Positions 1-11,764 of a stretch of 64,000 nt of DNA are shown piece after piece. The DNA comes from Heteronotia binoei. Lineage: Eukaryota. Location of the stretch: assembly GCF_032191835.1 (NCBI RefSeq), contig NC_083240.1, positions 18,290,001-18,354,000 on the forward strand. The letters are read 5' to 3'. Position numbers and translations under genes: made by a program. Every line of letters begins with the position of its first letter. The first letter of the stretch is position 1. Under the pieces are notes generated by a model. The model ran no database searches. It saw only the letters and a program-made list of their open reading frames with translations, and had not been told where the DNA came from.

Positions 1-610
1 TACCATTATGCCTGCCAACACCTTTCCTGGTATCCTCCATGTGTTTTAGACTGTGGGCGGGACCAAGAGGGGCTTTTACCCAGCACTCCTTCTGACTGGC
101 CATTGGTGATTTAATTGGCATTGCAGATTTTTAAAAATGTTTTGGCAACAGCTGCTACCACTAGGGTTGCCAGGTCTCCTCACCCATCTGGCAGGGGGGA
201 TTTGGGATTTCCATGGGTGAACGAGGGCGTCAAGCAACATCCCTGATGTGCTGACATCACCTGAAAGTGATGTCATTGTGTTGGGAATGTCGCTCAGGGG
301 ACACTCTGGTTTTTGAGTGAACTCTATGGATAAATTAGGCTTAAATCATAGAGTTTGCCCCAAAACCAGAGTGTCCCCCACGTGACATCTCCAACACAAT
401 TATGCTGGGTGATGTCATCGTGTTGGAGACATCACATGGCAATGTCCCTGTTTAGGGAAAGAGTTTTCCCCACCAGCCAGCTGAAATGCAGCAGACAGAA
501 GTCCCTGAAACTGGGGGATCCCTTGCTGGAACCTAGAGGCTGGCAACCCTAGCTACTGCAGTGCAAGGATCATCACTGTACAGCCCATGAGATCTAAGCT
601 ACCTGCTACA

Positions 611-773
611 CAATGTTCCTTCTAAGCTGCAGAGTCTTGTGAGCTATTGGCATTACAGTTGTGAGCTACTGCATAACTTAATGTGCTCTGGGGTCATCCT
701 TCCTGACCTGTGTGAGCTGGAGGCTAAAAATCTGTGAGCTAGCTCCCGCTAACTCAGCTTAGAGGGAACACTG
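611..773. mobile_element. hAT-type MITE, family A (TIR CAGTGTTCCCTCTAAGC)
   Basis: Perfect 8-bp TSD CTGCTACA. Other copies at 8493-8688, 19307-19522 (TSD CTCACAGG), 26324-26527, 45367-45555, 54097-54293. Confidence 0.85.
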
Positions 774-1246
774 CTGCTACAGCACTGCATTGCGGATAGG
801 ATTGTCAATCTCCAGGTGGGAGCTATAGATCTCCTGAAATGACAATTGCTCTCCAGACTACATAAATCAGTTGTTTATTAATTTCTTTGTTTAAAATTAA
901 AACATTTATCCCACTTCTCTGCTTCAGAAGGTGGACTGCACAGCATTATACCCTACCAAGATCCCTCCCCTCCAAACCCCACTCTTCCAAGCTGCACTCT
1001 CAGATCTTCAGGTGTTTCTAAACCTGGACTTGGCAGCCATAGGTGCAGCTGAAACGTTCACCTCCTTACTTGCCTTTCCTTTGGCCACATGTACCTAGGA
1101 GGGAGCAAGCTGTAAGGAGGAATATAGCGGAGGGAGAAAAGTGGCAGAATGGAGCCCTGATCTTTGACCCTGATCCCTATGACCCCTTCCCACATTTCAG
1201 CAAAAAAGCACATCTGAGAATCCAATTACACTTAAGCTGCCCTGAT

Positions 1247-1972
1247 CTAGATGGCCCAGGCTAGCCCAATCTTGTCAGATCTCAGAAGCTAAGCAGGGTT
1301 GGCCCTGGCTAGTTCTTCGATGGGAGACCAGGAAGGAAGTCCAGGGTTGTTGCGCAGAGGCAGGCATTGGCAAGCCACCTCTGTTCAAGTCTTCTTGAAA
1401 ACCTGCCAGGGCTGTGATAGCGACCATTTGCCTCTAGTCCTAAAAACTGATTTACAAGAGCTAGACGTGCATTACGGTAAATCCCATAACACTAGACTAA
1501 AACCAACAGATGGCCCTAGCTATAATCGCTCTAGATGGACATCTTCATTGGAAAGGAGGATGGGGGTCTTTTTTTGTCCTCTGAGTCCGTTAATAACACC
1601 CTTCACCGATTGGTGAATGTAGTCTATTGATACCCGCCTAGAGGAATATAATCTAATTTCAAGGGAGATACAGAAGGAATTGAAAACCAAAGAACCGGCG
1701 CACACAAACCATGGTTTGATGCAGAATGTAAAAGGGCAAAGTATACCCTTAATGTTAACTATGCAAAATATAGAACTAACCCCGAAGCAACATCCATAAT
1801 AGCTTTAAAACACCAAAAAGCCCAATATAAGGCCCTCTTTAGAAGAAAGAAACAGGAAGACATTCTGGCTTCTTGGGAGGAACTTTGGAAGGCAGTTAAA
1901 GAAAAAAACTCAGTATTATTCTGGAACTTAGTCTCTCTCTTCCAGGGCTGCCAAAAAGTGGGCTGCAACTTT
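1247..1972 (+). mobile_element. 5S rRNA-derived SINE (5S-Sauria-like), interrupted by the LINE fragment
   Basis: GATCTCAGAAGCTAAGCAGGGTTGGCCCTGGCTAGTTCTTCGATGGGAGACC matches the 5S rRNA internal control region, followed by an RTE/Bov-B-like tail (GGCAAGCCACCTCTG...GAAAACC). Confidence 0.7.
1415..1941 (+). mobile_element. Internal LINE ORF2 fragment (end of APE endonuclease plus linker), frameshifted
   Basis: Encodes SDHLPLVL (APE C-terminal SDH motif) and KPWFDAECKRAK...YKALFRRKKQ...WEELWK...FWNLV. Flanked by CCAGGGCTG at 1406-1414 and 1942-1950; absent at the paralogous site (~17410). Confidence 0.75.
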
Positions 1973-1996
1973 CCGCCACCTAAGAATAGCCTTTGT

Positions 1997-2015
1997 GTGA
2001 GATAATAAGCAGGTG
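1997..2015 (+). promoter_or_regulatory. Candidate pancreatic PTF1-type element (E-box CAGGTG with adjacent GTGAGA TC-like box), copy 1
   Basis: CAGGTG at 2010-2015, conserved in copy 2 at 17477-17482 with the same spacing to GTGAGA. Acinar enzyme promoters use E-box plus TC-box sites, but the spacing here (7 nt) is not the canonical one. Confidence 0.35.
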
Positions 2016-2155
2016 TATGACCTACCTATCCGCCAATCTGGCATGCGTCATGGAAAGTGCAAATGGAGAGGCACCTATTGGCACACGAGAAGACTCAGTT
2101 TTAAACATCTCCCTAATGATGGTGATAACTTGGGCAGCAATAAACTCTCTGAGGA

Positions 2156-2161
2156 TATAAA
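2156..2161 (+). promoter_or_regulatory. TATA box of elastase copy 1
   Basis: TATAAA 49 nt upstream of the ATG, conserved in the paralogous position of copy 2. Confidence 0.8.
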
Positions 2162-2204
2162 GTGAATTGACAGAGAGTTGCTCTCAGCACTTTTGCACTC
2201 AACA

Positions 2205-5200
2205 ATGATCCAGGTCCTCTTCACTGCTCTTGCGTTGGCCTCTGCGGGTACGATGCCGACATATCATAAGTGAGAGGAAATATTATTGTTCATGCAATGT
2301 GCAATTCACTTCTGGGATCTATTGCTCCCACAAGAGATAGCTCATTCCTATGATAAATGGCTTTTTAAAAAAGACTAAAGGGAACTTTCTGGAGGCACTG
2401 CTGTTCGACAGCTATTAGCCATGATAGCCAAAAGTTGAACCTCTTTGGATAGAGGTAGTGTACCTCTGAGTGTTTTATACAAAGGACAAGGAACATCACT
2501 GTCTACTTCTTGGGGCATCTGCCCACTATTGAGGACTCACTTCTGGACAGGATGGAATGTGGCCCAATCCTGCAAATCTATGTGGGAGTGCCTCTATGGA
2601 TTGACAACCTGTTGGTTAGACATCATTTTGATTCATATTCTACCTGCGCAGGAACAGAGCATGGGGGCTGCAGAAAGGGAGAAATGGGTGCAAAAAGGAG
2701 AGTTGTTCAGTAGGAAGTGAGATTATTGAGACCCTGGAGAGCCGCTGCCAGTCTGAGTAGACAATACTGACTTTGATGGACCCAAGGTCTGATTCAGTAT
2801 AAGGCAGCTTCATATCTGCAGCTAAAATCCAAAAAATTCATCCTTGTTGGTGGGCTACTTGTAGCATCTGTGCCATTCATTGACTACCTGTAGCTCAGTT
2901 CTTTTGGCCACCTTTGTTCTTACAAGCCACTTAAAATGGCTCAAGGAAGCTCTTGAAGACCTGTGAAAGAGATGCTATTGATATACACCACTGTTTATAC
3001 CAGGAGAAATGTTGCTGTTTCCCATTGCACATCAGGCATTTAATGCTGCTTTGCTGGTGCAGACGTGGCTGACTCTGCCTTATTCAAGATAGTTGGGGCC
3101 GGGGGGGGGGGGGGGACCTGTTATTTTCAGCCCCTGAACTCCAGCAGTAGCCACCAGAGATCATTAACGGGAGTGGAGGGGAGAGAGACCCAAGCTAGAG
3201 AAGAGGCAGTTTGCATAAGCCTTGTACATAGGTTGCAAATAAATACAAATCTAATAAATATATGTATAGTTCTCAAAAATGCTCATATTTGTCTTGTGTC
3301 ACTTGCAGCTTTGGGGTGTGGGGTGCCAACCTACAAGCCCAACTTGTCCAGAGTTGTGGGGGGAGAGAATGTCAAACCCAACAGCTGGCCCTGGCAGGTA
3401 AGTAACCATCTCTCAATCCTGGCAAGAGGGGTTTCCGTCTCCCTGTTCCTTGTGATTTGCCAGATGAAAAGTAGGCAGAGTTTTTACATGTCTAGTGCAG
3501 TATGTCATTTTTAGAACTATCCTCTGTCACCTAACTATATCTGTGTTGTTTTATGTGGGAGGGTATGAGCTTTTCAGTAACTCAGAAAGCTTATCCCCCT
3601 GCCACAAATTTTGTTAGTCTTTAAGGTGCTACTGCACTCTTGCTCTTTTCTGCTGCTACAGACAAACATGGCTACCCATCTTGTGTTTTTGTTGTGACCT
3701 GCGCCCAAAGGCATGTGCCATCAGAGTTTAATAGACTTGTACAAAAATATCCATATATTGAATGTAAGGAGTTCAAAATTATGGGATTGATACTCCCAGC
3801 CAGGCCTCACTGTCCATCCACTGAAGGATATTTGAATTTTAACGGTAACAAAGCTTTCAAAGGATAAAATGTTGGTATCACCATTTGGATCCACCGTTTC
3901 ACATCTGAAACGGCAGTACAAACATTGCACCTCAGAATTCAAAATATCACTACTTGTCACATGTTCCTTGAGGATGTTGATATTAGAGTGGATTGGGATA
4001 TGAAATTAGGGTTGCCAAGTCCAATTCAAGAAATATCTGGGACTTTGGGGGAGGAGCCTGGGGACTTTGGAGGTGGAGCCAGGAGACATTGGGGTGGAGC
4101 CAGGAGCAAGGTTGTGACAAGCATAATTGAACTCCAAAGGAAGTTCTGGCCATCACATTTAAAGGGACGGCACACCTTTTAAATGCCTTCCCTCCACTGG
4201 AAATAATGAAGGATGGGGCACCTTCTTTAGGGGCTCATAGAATTGGACCCCCCTAGTCCAATCCTTTTGAAACTTGGAGGGTGGTTTGGGGAGAGGCACC
4301 AGATGCTATGCTGAAAATCTGGTGCTTTTACCTCAAAAGACAGCCCCCCCCAGAGCCCCAGGTACCTGCAGATCAATTCTCCATTAAACCCTATGGGAAT
4401 CGGTTTCCATAGGGAATAACGGCGTGTGCAACAGGCATTTGTCTCCCCTCCCGCTGCTTTCTGATGACCCTAAAGTGGGCCTCCAAACCGAGGGATCCCC
4501 TGCCCCCACCTGGGGATTGGCAACTCTATACGTAATTGTTGCACCCTGTCAAATTGTTTGATTATGTGTCAGATTCTGATGGATATTTAAGTTCACTGCA
4601 AAGGCTGTGACTACATATTATCAAAATACCTATAGGAGCTTCCCACCTACCCCAAACAGTGAGAATTCCAGTGAGTATCTTGGAAATGTTAATTTTATGT
4701 ATCAGTTTACAAATGGAACATCCAATAGGCTACAAAAGTACACAGCAAAACCTCTTCCTGCTTCATATCTCCCACTTTTTTTCTCAGACAGCATCCAATC
4801 CTCACAGCCACCATTTGCCCCTCCTGCTTCCAGTCCAACTAAACTCCTAGCTCTGGCCCCACTTTCGTTATATATGAACTACTTCTCTGACCTTCCCACT
4901 ACCTTGGTTAGTGACAGTTCCCCAAGGCTGGAGGGAGAGAGATTTCCAGGGCATTAAAGAAAATATCCTCAAGCAATTAAGGAATGTTTAATATTCTTTT
5001 GTCAAGTTCCTACCTGCCCGTTTGTCTGACAGGCAAGAACCAGAACAATGGTTTTCATGGGAACTGAGACAGCAAAACATGAGGCTATTAAATATTATTG
5101 CACATCAACTATCAGATGCTGTCAAATATAGTCTGTCAGGTTTCAAATATTGAAATGAAATGTCAAAGCCAGACGTTGTAGGTTGTTGAATATCAGTATC

Positions 5201-8200
5201 TAGCTTGTTTGGTCTGAGGTCTGGACGTCTCAAGCTACAAGCCCTCTGCTTGAATTTGGTGGTAACGTGACTTGGGTGCAGTGCACAGACAGTGTAGTGT
5301 AGTGGTTAAGAGATTGGGGAGACTCAAATTCAACCCCTCACTCTGTTATGGAAGCTTGTTGGGTAATCCAGAGCAAGTCCCTCTCATTACATCTACATCA
5401 CAGAGGTTTTTTTGTGAGGATAAAACGGGGAAGTAAAGAATGTTCTAAGCCACTGTGGCTTCCCATTAGAAAGAATATAGTGGTTTAACTAGCTAAATAA
5501 AATTAACAAGGTGATATACTCAACTTTCAAGGCTGATCATATGACTTCTCTGATTTCCAGGCCTCTCTCCAGTACAGTTCCAGTGGCAACTGGCGTCACA
5601 CATGCGGGGGGACCCTCATAGCTACCAACTGGGTCATGACAGCAGCTCACTGCATCAGGTACATACATGGGGGGATTCTTCAAGTCCAGAGACAGAAAAC
5701 AGAGCCAGAAAACAGAAGCCCTTTCTACACTCAACTTTGATCAAGATTTAATGAGCACCTAATACACCTGCTACAAATTCGCATCATCTAATTGCTTCTA
5801 CATCCAAAAATTTGCTCCTCGCTTTTTTGAAGTTTCAGTTCTGTTGCAACTTGGGGAAGTTTGAAAATTCCAAATACGGATGAGTCTGAATTACTCGTTT
5901 TCCAAATGCCACTTCAGTATCCAAGCAAAAATATTAGGTGAGAGAGATGGAATTCTGGGATATATGACAAATTTTTTTTAGCATTTTTTTTAACGAGGAC
6001 AATTTTTAATAATGAAACTAGGCATATAATCTACCTATGTATGAAAAATGTAGATCCCTTTCTGGAATGCGTATTTTCCAAATTTTTTTGCCCGCTGGAC
6101 TGGTCCACTAGGGAAACATGTTTTTTGGGGGATTTTCTCTCTAAGGTGACTGGTTTGGCATCCACGCCATCAACTAATTTCCTTGTTACCTGCTTGAACA
6201 CATAAAGCTGCCTTCTACTGAATCAGACCTTGGTCCATCAAAGTCAGTATTGTCTACTCAGACTGGCAGTGGCTCTCCAGGGTCTCAAGCTGAGGTTTTT
6301 CACGCCTACTTGCCTGGACCCTTTTTAGTTGGAGATGCCGGGGATTGAACCTGGGACCTTCTGCTTACCAAGCAGATGCTCTACCACTGAGCCACCGTCC
6401 CTCCGCATTAAATTTAAGTGATTGTGCTTTTCATTGTGAAGGATGAGATGTGGAATTGTAGAAGTGATGGAATGGTGCCATAGGGTTGCCAATTCCAGCT
6501 TGGGGGATTCCTGGAGATTTGGTGATGGTGCCTGAGGGCAGGTCGCTCAGGAGAGCTGTGATGCCACTTTGCCTGCTTTCTGAAGCAACCATTTGCTCCA
6601 GGGGAACTGATTTCTGTAGTGTGGAGATCAGCTGCAAATCCTAGAGAACTCCTGGCTGATTATATGAAGGATTTTTTAAAAAATCAAACTGTAAGACCAG
6701 ATGGCAAAATATAAGCTCTGTCAGCCCCAATGGTCATGTTTCAAGGTGACAAGGAGTACAAGGCAGCGTGAAACTATGCAGAAGGGAGTTGGCTTGATTC
6801 TGACTAGCTGAGATCATCAGCGACAGGGGAACCAGTCAGAAGGCTGGTTTTGGTATTGATTAACTCAGACATCTGAATTCAGATGGCCAGTGCAGACCTG
6901 ACTGATCTCTGGCTGTTTTTTTGTCCTGTGCTTTCTTCAGCTCTTCTAAAACCTACCGTGTGCAGCTCGGGAAGTACGACCTGACAGTCAGTGAGAAAGG
7001 ATCCGTCACAGTGTCTCCCAAAAAGATTGTGGTGCACCCCAAATGGGACTCGAGCAAAGTTTCTGACGGGTATTTTGACAGTTTTTCTTGAAAAGGATAA
7101 AGATTAAGATTGCTGTTCCCTTCCCTTTGACCTCTGGGTTGGCAGGCAGAATATTTTGGAGTCAAATGGAGTTTTTGGAGTATCATCCGCTCATGTGCAC
7201 TTGTTCAGCCTGCAGATTAATGTGCTCACTTCCAGCACACTGTTTCTCATACGGGAGGTTGCAAAGTGCTAAGGCCTGCATTCTACACTAGAAGGGTCAG
7301 TTGACTGTACCCAATAATCCCAGCCCCACAGGGCCACAGCCAACAGTCCCAGCTAGGTGGTCCTCCTGCTACATTCTTGGGCACACAAAACATGAACCTA
7401 CCTTATACTGAATCAGACTCTTGGCCCATCAAGTTCAGTATTGTCTACTTGAACTGGCAGCAGCTCTCCTGGGTCTCAGGTGGAAGTCTTTCACATCACC
7501 TGCTACCTGATCCTTTTAACTGGAGATGCTGGGGATTGAACCTGGGACCTTCTGTGTGCCACACAGATACTTTACCACTGAGCCGTAGTCACAATGTAAT
7601 GGATGGTTTGATTCAGAGTGTTTGTGTGTGTGCATCTCTGTGCACATCCTCTACAGTCGAGATATCTCCGTCCTATCTAGATAACTAGAGAAAGGGGCTG
7701 AAACTTCACAGATGGCAATGCTAGTTACACAATTTGAATGGTGTGTTGAAAAGACAAACCAAGTCCTCCTGGAAAGTCAGAATAAGGACAGTGACTGAAA
7801 AAGGGGACAGTAAACACTGTAACTTGTGTATTCAATACTCTGTCTTTCTCTTCTCCCAACTGAAACTAGGAATGACATTGCGATGATCAAACTCTCAGAG
7901 CACGTCACCTTGAGTGACAAAATCCAGCTGGCGTGCCTGCCCCCAGCCAACAAGATCTTATCTGGAAACTCTGCTTGTTATGTGACGGGCTGGGGAAGGC
8001 TGGAAAGTAAGGAAGCATCATTTTTTTCCCCTGTTGTCCTTCTTTATTTGTGATCGGTGCTGTCTACTTGTGGTGCTTTCCCTTGCCTTGTGGTAAGCGG
8101 ATCACTCAGTACGAGCGGCAGACTCTAGGGCAGCTGTCTATCAAAAAACCCTACCAGGGAGCTTTTATATTCTCAAAAGGAGAATGGCTGTTAGTATCTC

Positions 8201-11200
8201 CTTCTCTTCCTGGTAGCCTTTGATGCATCTTGAATGGTGGTTTATTTTTTATTTTATTAGATTTGATTCATGGGCCGCCCTTCCCTGCGAATAGCGCATG
8301 GGGCAACTTACAGCAATAGATGTGCAATACATCATTTAAATTAAAAACAACATTAAAACTGAGTTCAAGTAAAAAGCATTTCCCATTACAATATGGCGGG
8401 GAAAAGTTACAGTTCCTGAGCCTCCTAGGGGTATTTTAGGAGGTGGGGGAGAGTATGAAAGCGCCAGACTGTATGCTGAGCTGACCCGCCACCAATGTTC
8501 CCTCTAAGCTACAGAGTCTTTGTAGCTACTGGTATTAAAGTTATGAGCTACTGGCAATAAAGTTGTGAGTTACTGCCTAAATTATTGTGCTCAGGAGCCA
8601 GTTTTCCTGAGCTAAGACAAAAATGTGTAAGCTGGAGGCTAAAAATCTGTGAGCTAGCTCACGCTAACTCACCTTAGAGGGAACACTGCCCGGCGCTATC
8701 CTCAACCGAATGCCTGGCAGAACATGTCTGCTTTACATGCCCTGCCAAAAGGTAGTAAATCCACTACACCTAAGACCACCTACTCTAACTTAATCAACAT
8801 ATTAAAGTGCTTGCATGCTCTGTGCCTCGCCCCCCAGTCCCATCTACCAGACGTTCTCTGGGAGTTCCATACTTGGAACTGAATCCCATGTTGTGCGGCG
8901 GCCTGATTTGGATCAGGACCACAGGGAGCTTTGAGAAGAGATTTAAGCCCTTCCCTTGTGTGGTCTTCCCAACCTGAAATGGATGCCCAAAGGATTGCTG
9001 TTTGCCCTGCTGCCAAAATGTATGGATACTCCTCCATATTGCATGACTGGACCTAAAGTCTCTTGGGTTTGGACTCTTCACAGCGAACGGCGCATCTCCA
9101 AAAGTCCTCCAGCAAGGGTGCCTCCTGGTGGTGGATCACGCAACCTGCTCCAAGTCCAGCTGGTGGGGCAGCACAGTAAAAACCAGCATGGTCTGCGCGG
9201 GCGGTGATGGCATCATATCTAGCTGCAACGTGAGTATCATCTGGTTTGGGAAGGAATCCCAAATCTGCAACTAGGAAGCTCATGTTTATCAACAGGGCTC
9301 AGGCATGCCAAAAGAACCAGCTTTGCACTGGATTATTTCCTAGGCACGGCTTGAGCTGCTACATTTCCCCCTGATTTTGAGAAATAACCAAGTATCCTCC
9401 TACAGTGGAAGATTCTGAATGGGAGCTCCCTGCAGACACAAAGGCAGTGCTTCCTGGGGGAATATGAAGCACCTCTTGCTCCAAAGAGATGGAGGGGAAA
9501 GGTCATGGTTCAGTGCTCAGAACTGAAGGCTTCTGACCCGTCCTGAATGTTGAAAAGAGTTCTGTTTGGATTTAGAGTATTTGCAAATTGGCCATTTTCC
9601 AAGTTAGGTTTTTTTATTAATAAGTTAATGTCAGTTTGGATACTTTGTCTCCATCCCCGTTCTACTTTAGTTAAAGTGCTAAAGTAAGCATTTCTACTTG
9701 GAAGTGAATTCTATGGAGTTCAATAGGACTGTCTTGCTGGTACGTGTGCAAAGAATTGCAGCCTGTGTGACCATCTAGAGCAGGGAACTGCAATGTGGTG
9801 CTTGTGGGCACCATGTTGCCAGTCACCACCTTTCCTGGGCCCACCAGGTGTTTTCAGAAAGTGGACTGGGCCAGTTGCAGTTGCTATCCAGGAGGGCTTC
9901 TGATTGACTATGCAGATCAGGGCTACAGCTAGGTGGGGCTGTAGGGGCGGCACCCCCTCTCATATCTGCCAGACAAATCTCTCCTGATTCCCCAATTCCT
10001 CCTCTCCTCTTCTTTATGCTTCGTTAATTAAATTAGCATCCCCCAGTGCTCCCTCCAGAAAAAAAAAAAAATCCTAGATACGGGCCTGGTGCAGACTGAA
10101 AGGCATCCTGTTCAACAGGGTTTCTGTCTTAAATCTTGAAGAATTGCTGAGCGTCAAGCAATAGCCTTGCTGCCATTTTGTGGCAGGCTCTACTTCCTGC
10201 AGCATCCATTTTGTTGTTGTGCCCACCACTCCGTGTCAGAATTCCAAACGCGCCCACAGGCTCAGAAAGACCCCTGATTTAGAGCACCAGTTCACTGGGG
10301 TTGCCACAGTGAGATGAGATGTGGGCTTTTCTGTCTCTCTACAAGCCGTTCCACTGCTCAAAAATGACAGGGGGCCTAAAGGGACTGTGTGCAGAAACTA
10401 CATTCAGTTGGGTTTGTTTGCAGGGGGACTCTGGCAGTCCGCTCAACTGCAAGTCCGGTAGCAAGTGGGAGGTGCACGGGGTGGCCAGTTTCGTCTCTTC
10501 TAAGGGATGCAACTACTACCACAAGCCCTCTGTTTTCACTCGAGTCTCTGCTTTCAATGACTGGATCGCTCAGGTAAGCTCTTGCGCCGTGTCACTCAGG
10601 GAGGGGGCTGATTGCTTGCGAGTTCACATAGATGCAATTTCAAGAGTGTTTTAGCTGCAAAAATCCTCAAGAGATGGGGAGAATCCCCTTCCTAGCAGGG
10701 CGCAGCTACAGCCCCCAGGGCTGGGTCAAGCTTTTCCCGTCTGCCTGCTGTGGCTCTGGAAAACCATCCAGTACAGCAGGGATCTCTAAGATAGTGCCCG
10801 CTTACCCTTTTCCTGGTACCCACCAAGTGTTTTTAGGAAGTAGGCCTTCTTGTGAGTAAAAATGATGGAGGAGAGGTTGCCAACTCTGGGTTCAGAAATT
10901 CCTGGAGATGTGAGGGTGGAGCCTGAGAAGATGGGGTTTAGGATGGGGAGGGATCTTCCACCTTCCAAAGCAGTTATTTCCTCGAGGAGAAGTGGAATAA
11001 ATGTTTGAAATTATAATATAATGCGTTCAATGCAAGGAGGAGACGCGGTTGCAGTGATCATAGCCCTCTTTATTCGTTACAGCATGGTAACGTGCAAACT
11101 AGAAGACTGATTTACTGAGCCAATGGGGCCCACTATATACAGTTCAAGGTTCCCCACGCTAGGACGCCATTGGATCATTTAAATCAGCAGGAGGCCTGTG

Positions 11201-11709
11201 ATTGGAGCAGGGATTTGGATCCTACTGCCCATTGTTCCTGGGTCCCCAAGCTCCGATCTAAAGGCTCCAATGAGCCAGGCAGGAACACGAATAATGGCAG
11301 CATCAATACACATACAGAAGAGAAATAAACCAAAAAGAAATAAAACAAAGTTTGAGTCCAGAGACACCTTTAAGAGCAACAAAATTTAATTATGGATACA
11401 ACCTTTCACATGCATGCATACTTCAGATATCTGAAGTCTACATGCACATGGAAGCTTATACCCAACTTTTTTCTGTCGCTTCAGACTAACCCAACTACTG
11501 ACCTAGGGAAAAAAAAAAAAGAAATCTATGTAGTTGGGACAAAGATTGTAATTCCAAGACATCTCCAGCTGACACCTGGAGGATGGCAACCCTAAGTAAG
11601 CTACTTTGGGTCCCCCACGGAGAGAAAAGCAGGGTATGAATGAAACAAATAAACATCACTTTGTCCTTTCTCTCTTTTAAATGCTCTATAGGTGATGCAA
11701 AAATATTAA
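2205..11709 (+). CDS. CELA2A: Chymotrypsin-like elastase family member 2 (pancreatic elastase-2), tandem copy 1; 269 aa preproenzyme, 8 coding exons
   Basis: Exons 2205-2247, 3309-3397, 5561-5658, 6941-7069, 7870-8006, 9084-9229, 10424-10573, 11692-11709 (810 nt, all GT-AG, frame continuous). Signal peptide [14 protein letters not shown], propeptide [15 protein letters not shown]|VVGG, triad TAAHC / NDIA / GDSGSP, then [14 protein letters not shown], end VMQKY*. Length and exon phases match elastase-2 as I recall it; orthology to human CELA2A versus CELA2B is not resolvable (lineage-specific duplicate). Confidence 0.93.
4007..4528. mobile_element. MITE with TAGGGTTGCCA TIRs (probably hAT)
   Basis: TAGGGTTGCCA...TGGCAACTCTA, copy-1 specific. 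A related element at 162-551 and many fragments (about 6481, 10875, 20629, 26127, 34117, 35115). Confidence 0.7.
6201..6403 (-). mobile_element. tRNA-headed SINE (second family)
   Basis: Head GGGACGGTGGCTCAGTGGTAGAGCATCTGCTTGGTAAGCAGAAGGTCCCAGGTTCAATCCCCGG, body GAGACCCTGGAGAGCCACTGCCAGTCTGAGTAGACAATACTGAC. Related copies at ~2727-2812(+), 7395-7590(-), 22140-22335(-), 57050-57240(-), 61108-61310(+). Confidence 0.8.
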
Positions 11710-11758
11710 CCTACGGAGCACTATTCAACGCTGAGATCTGGTTGGTGACATCATCAAA

Positions 11759-11764
11759 AATAAA
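11759..11764 (+). terminator. Polyadenylation signal of elastase copy 1
   Basis: AATAAA 50 nt after the stop codon, conserved in copy 2. Confidence 0.75.

Noticed and set aside
2445-2720. Intron-1 ORF that stays open in both elastase paralogues (also 17920-18147)
   Set aside because: It starts at TTG, substitutions fall at all codon positions (only about a third synonymous), the ends differ and there is no recognisable domain; consistent with neutral paralogous intron.
6330-6403. Apparent tRNA-Thr(GGT) on the minus strand with perfect D-arm (GCTC/GAGC) and anticodon arm (TCTGC-TTGGTAA-GCAGA)
   Set aside because: The acceptor stem pairs at only ~4/7 positions, the T-stem has a mismatch, and it runs straight into a SINE body repeated at least five more times in the window. 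It is a SINE head, not a tRNA gene.
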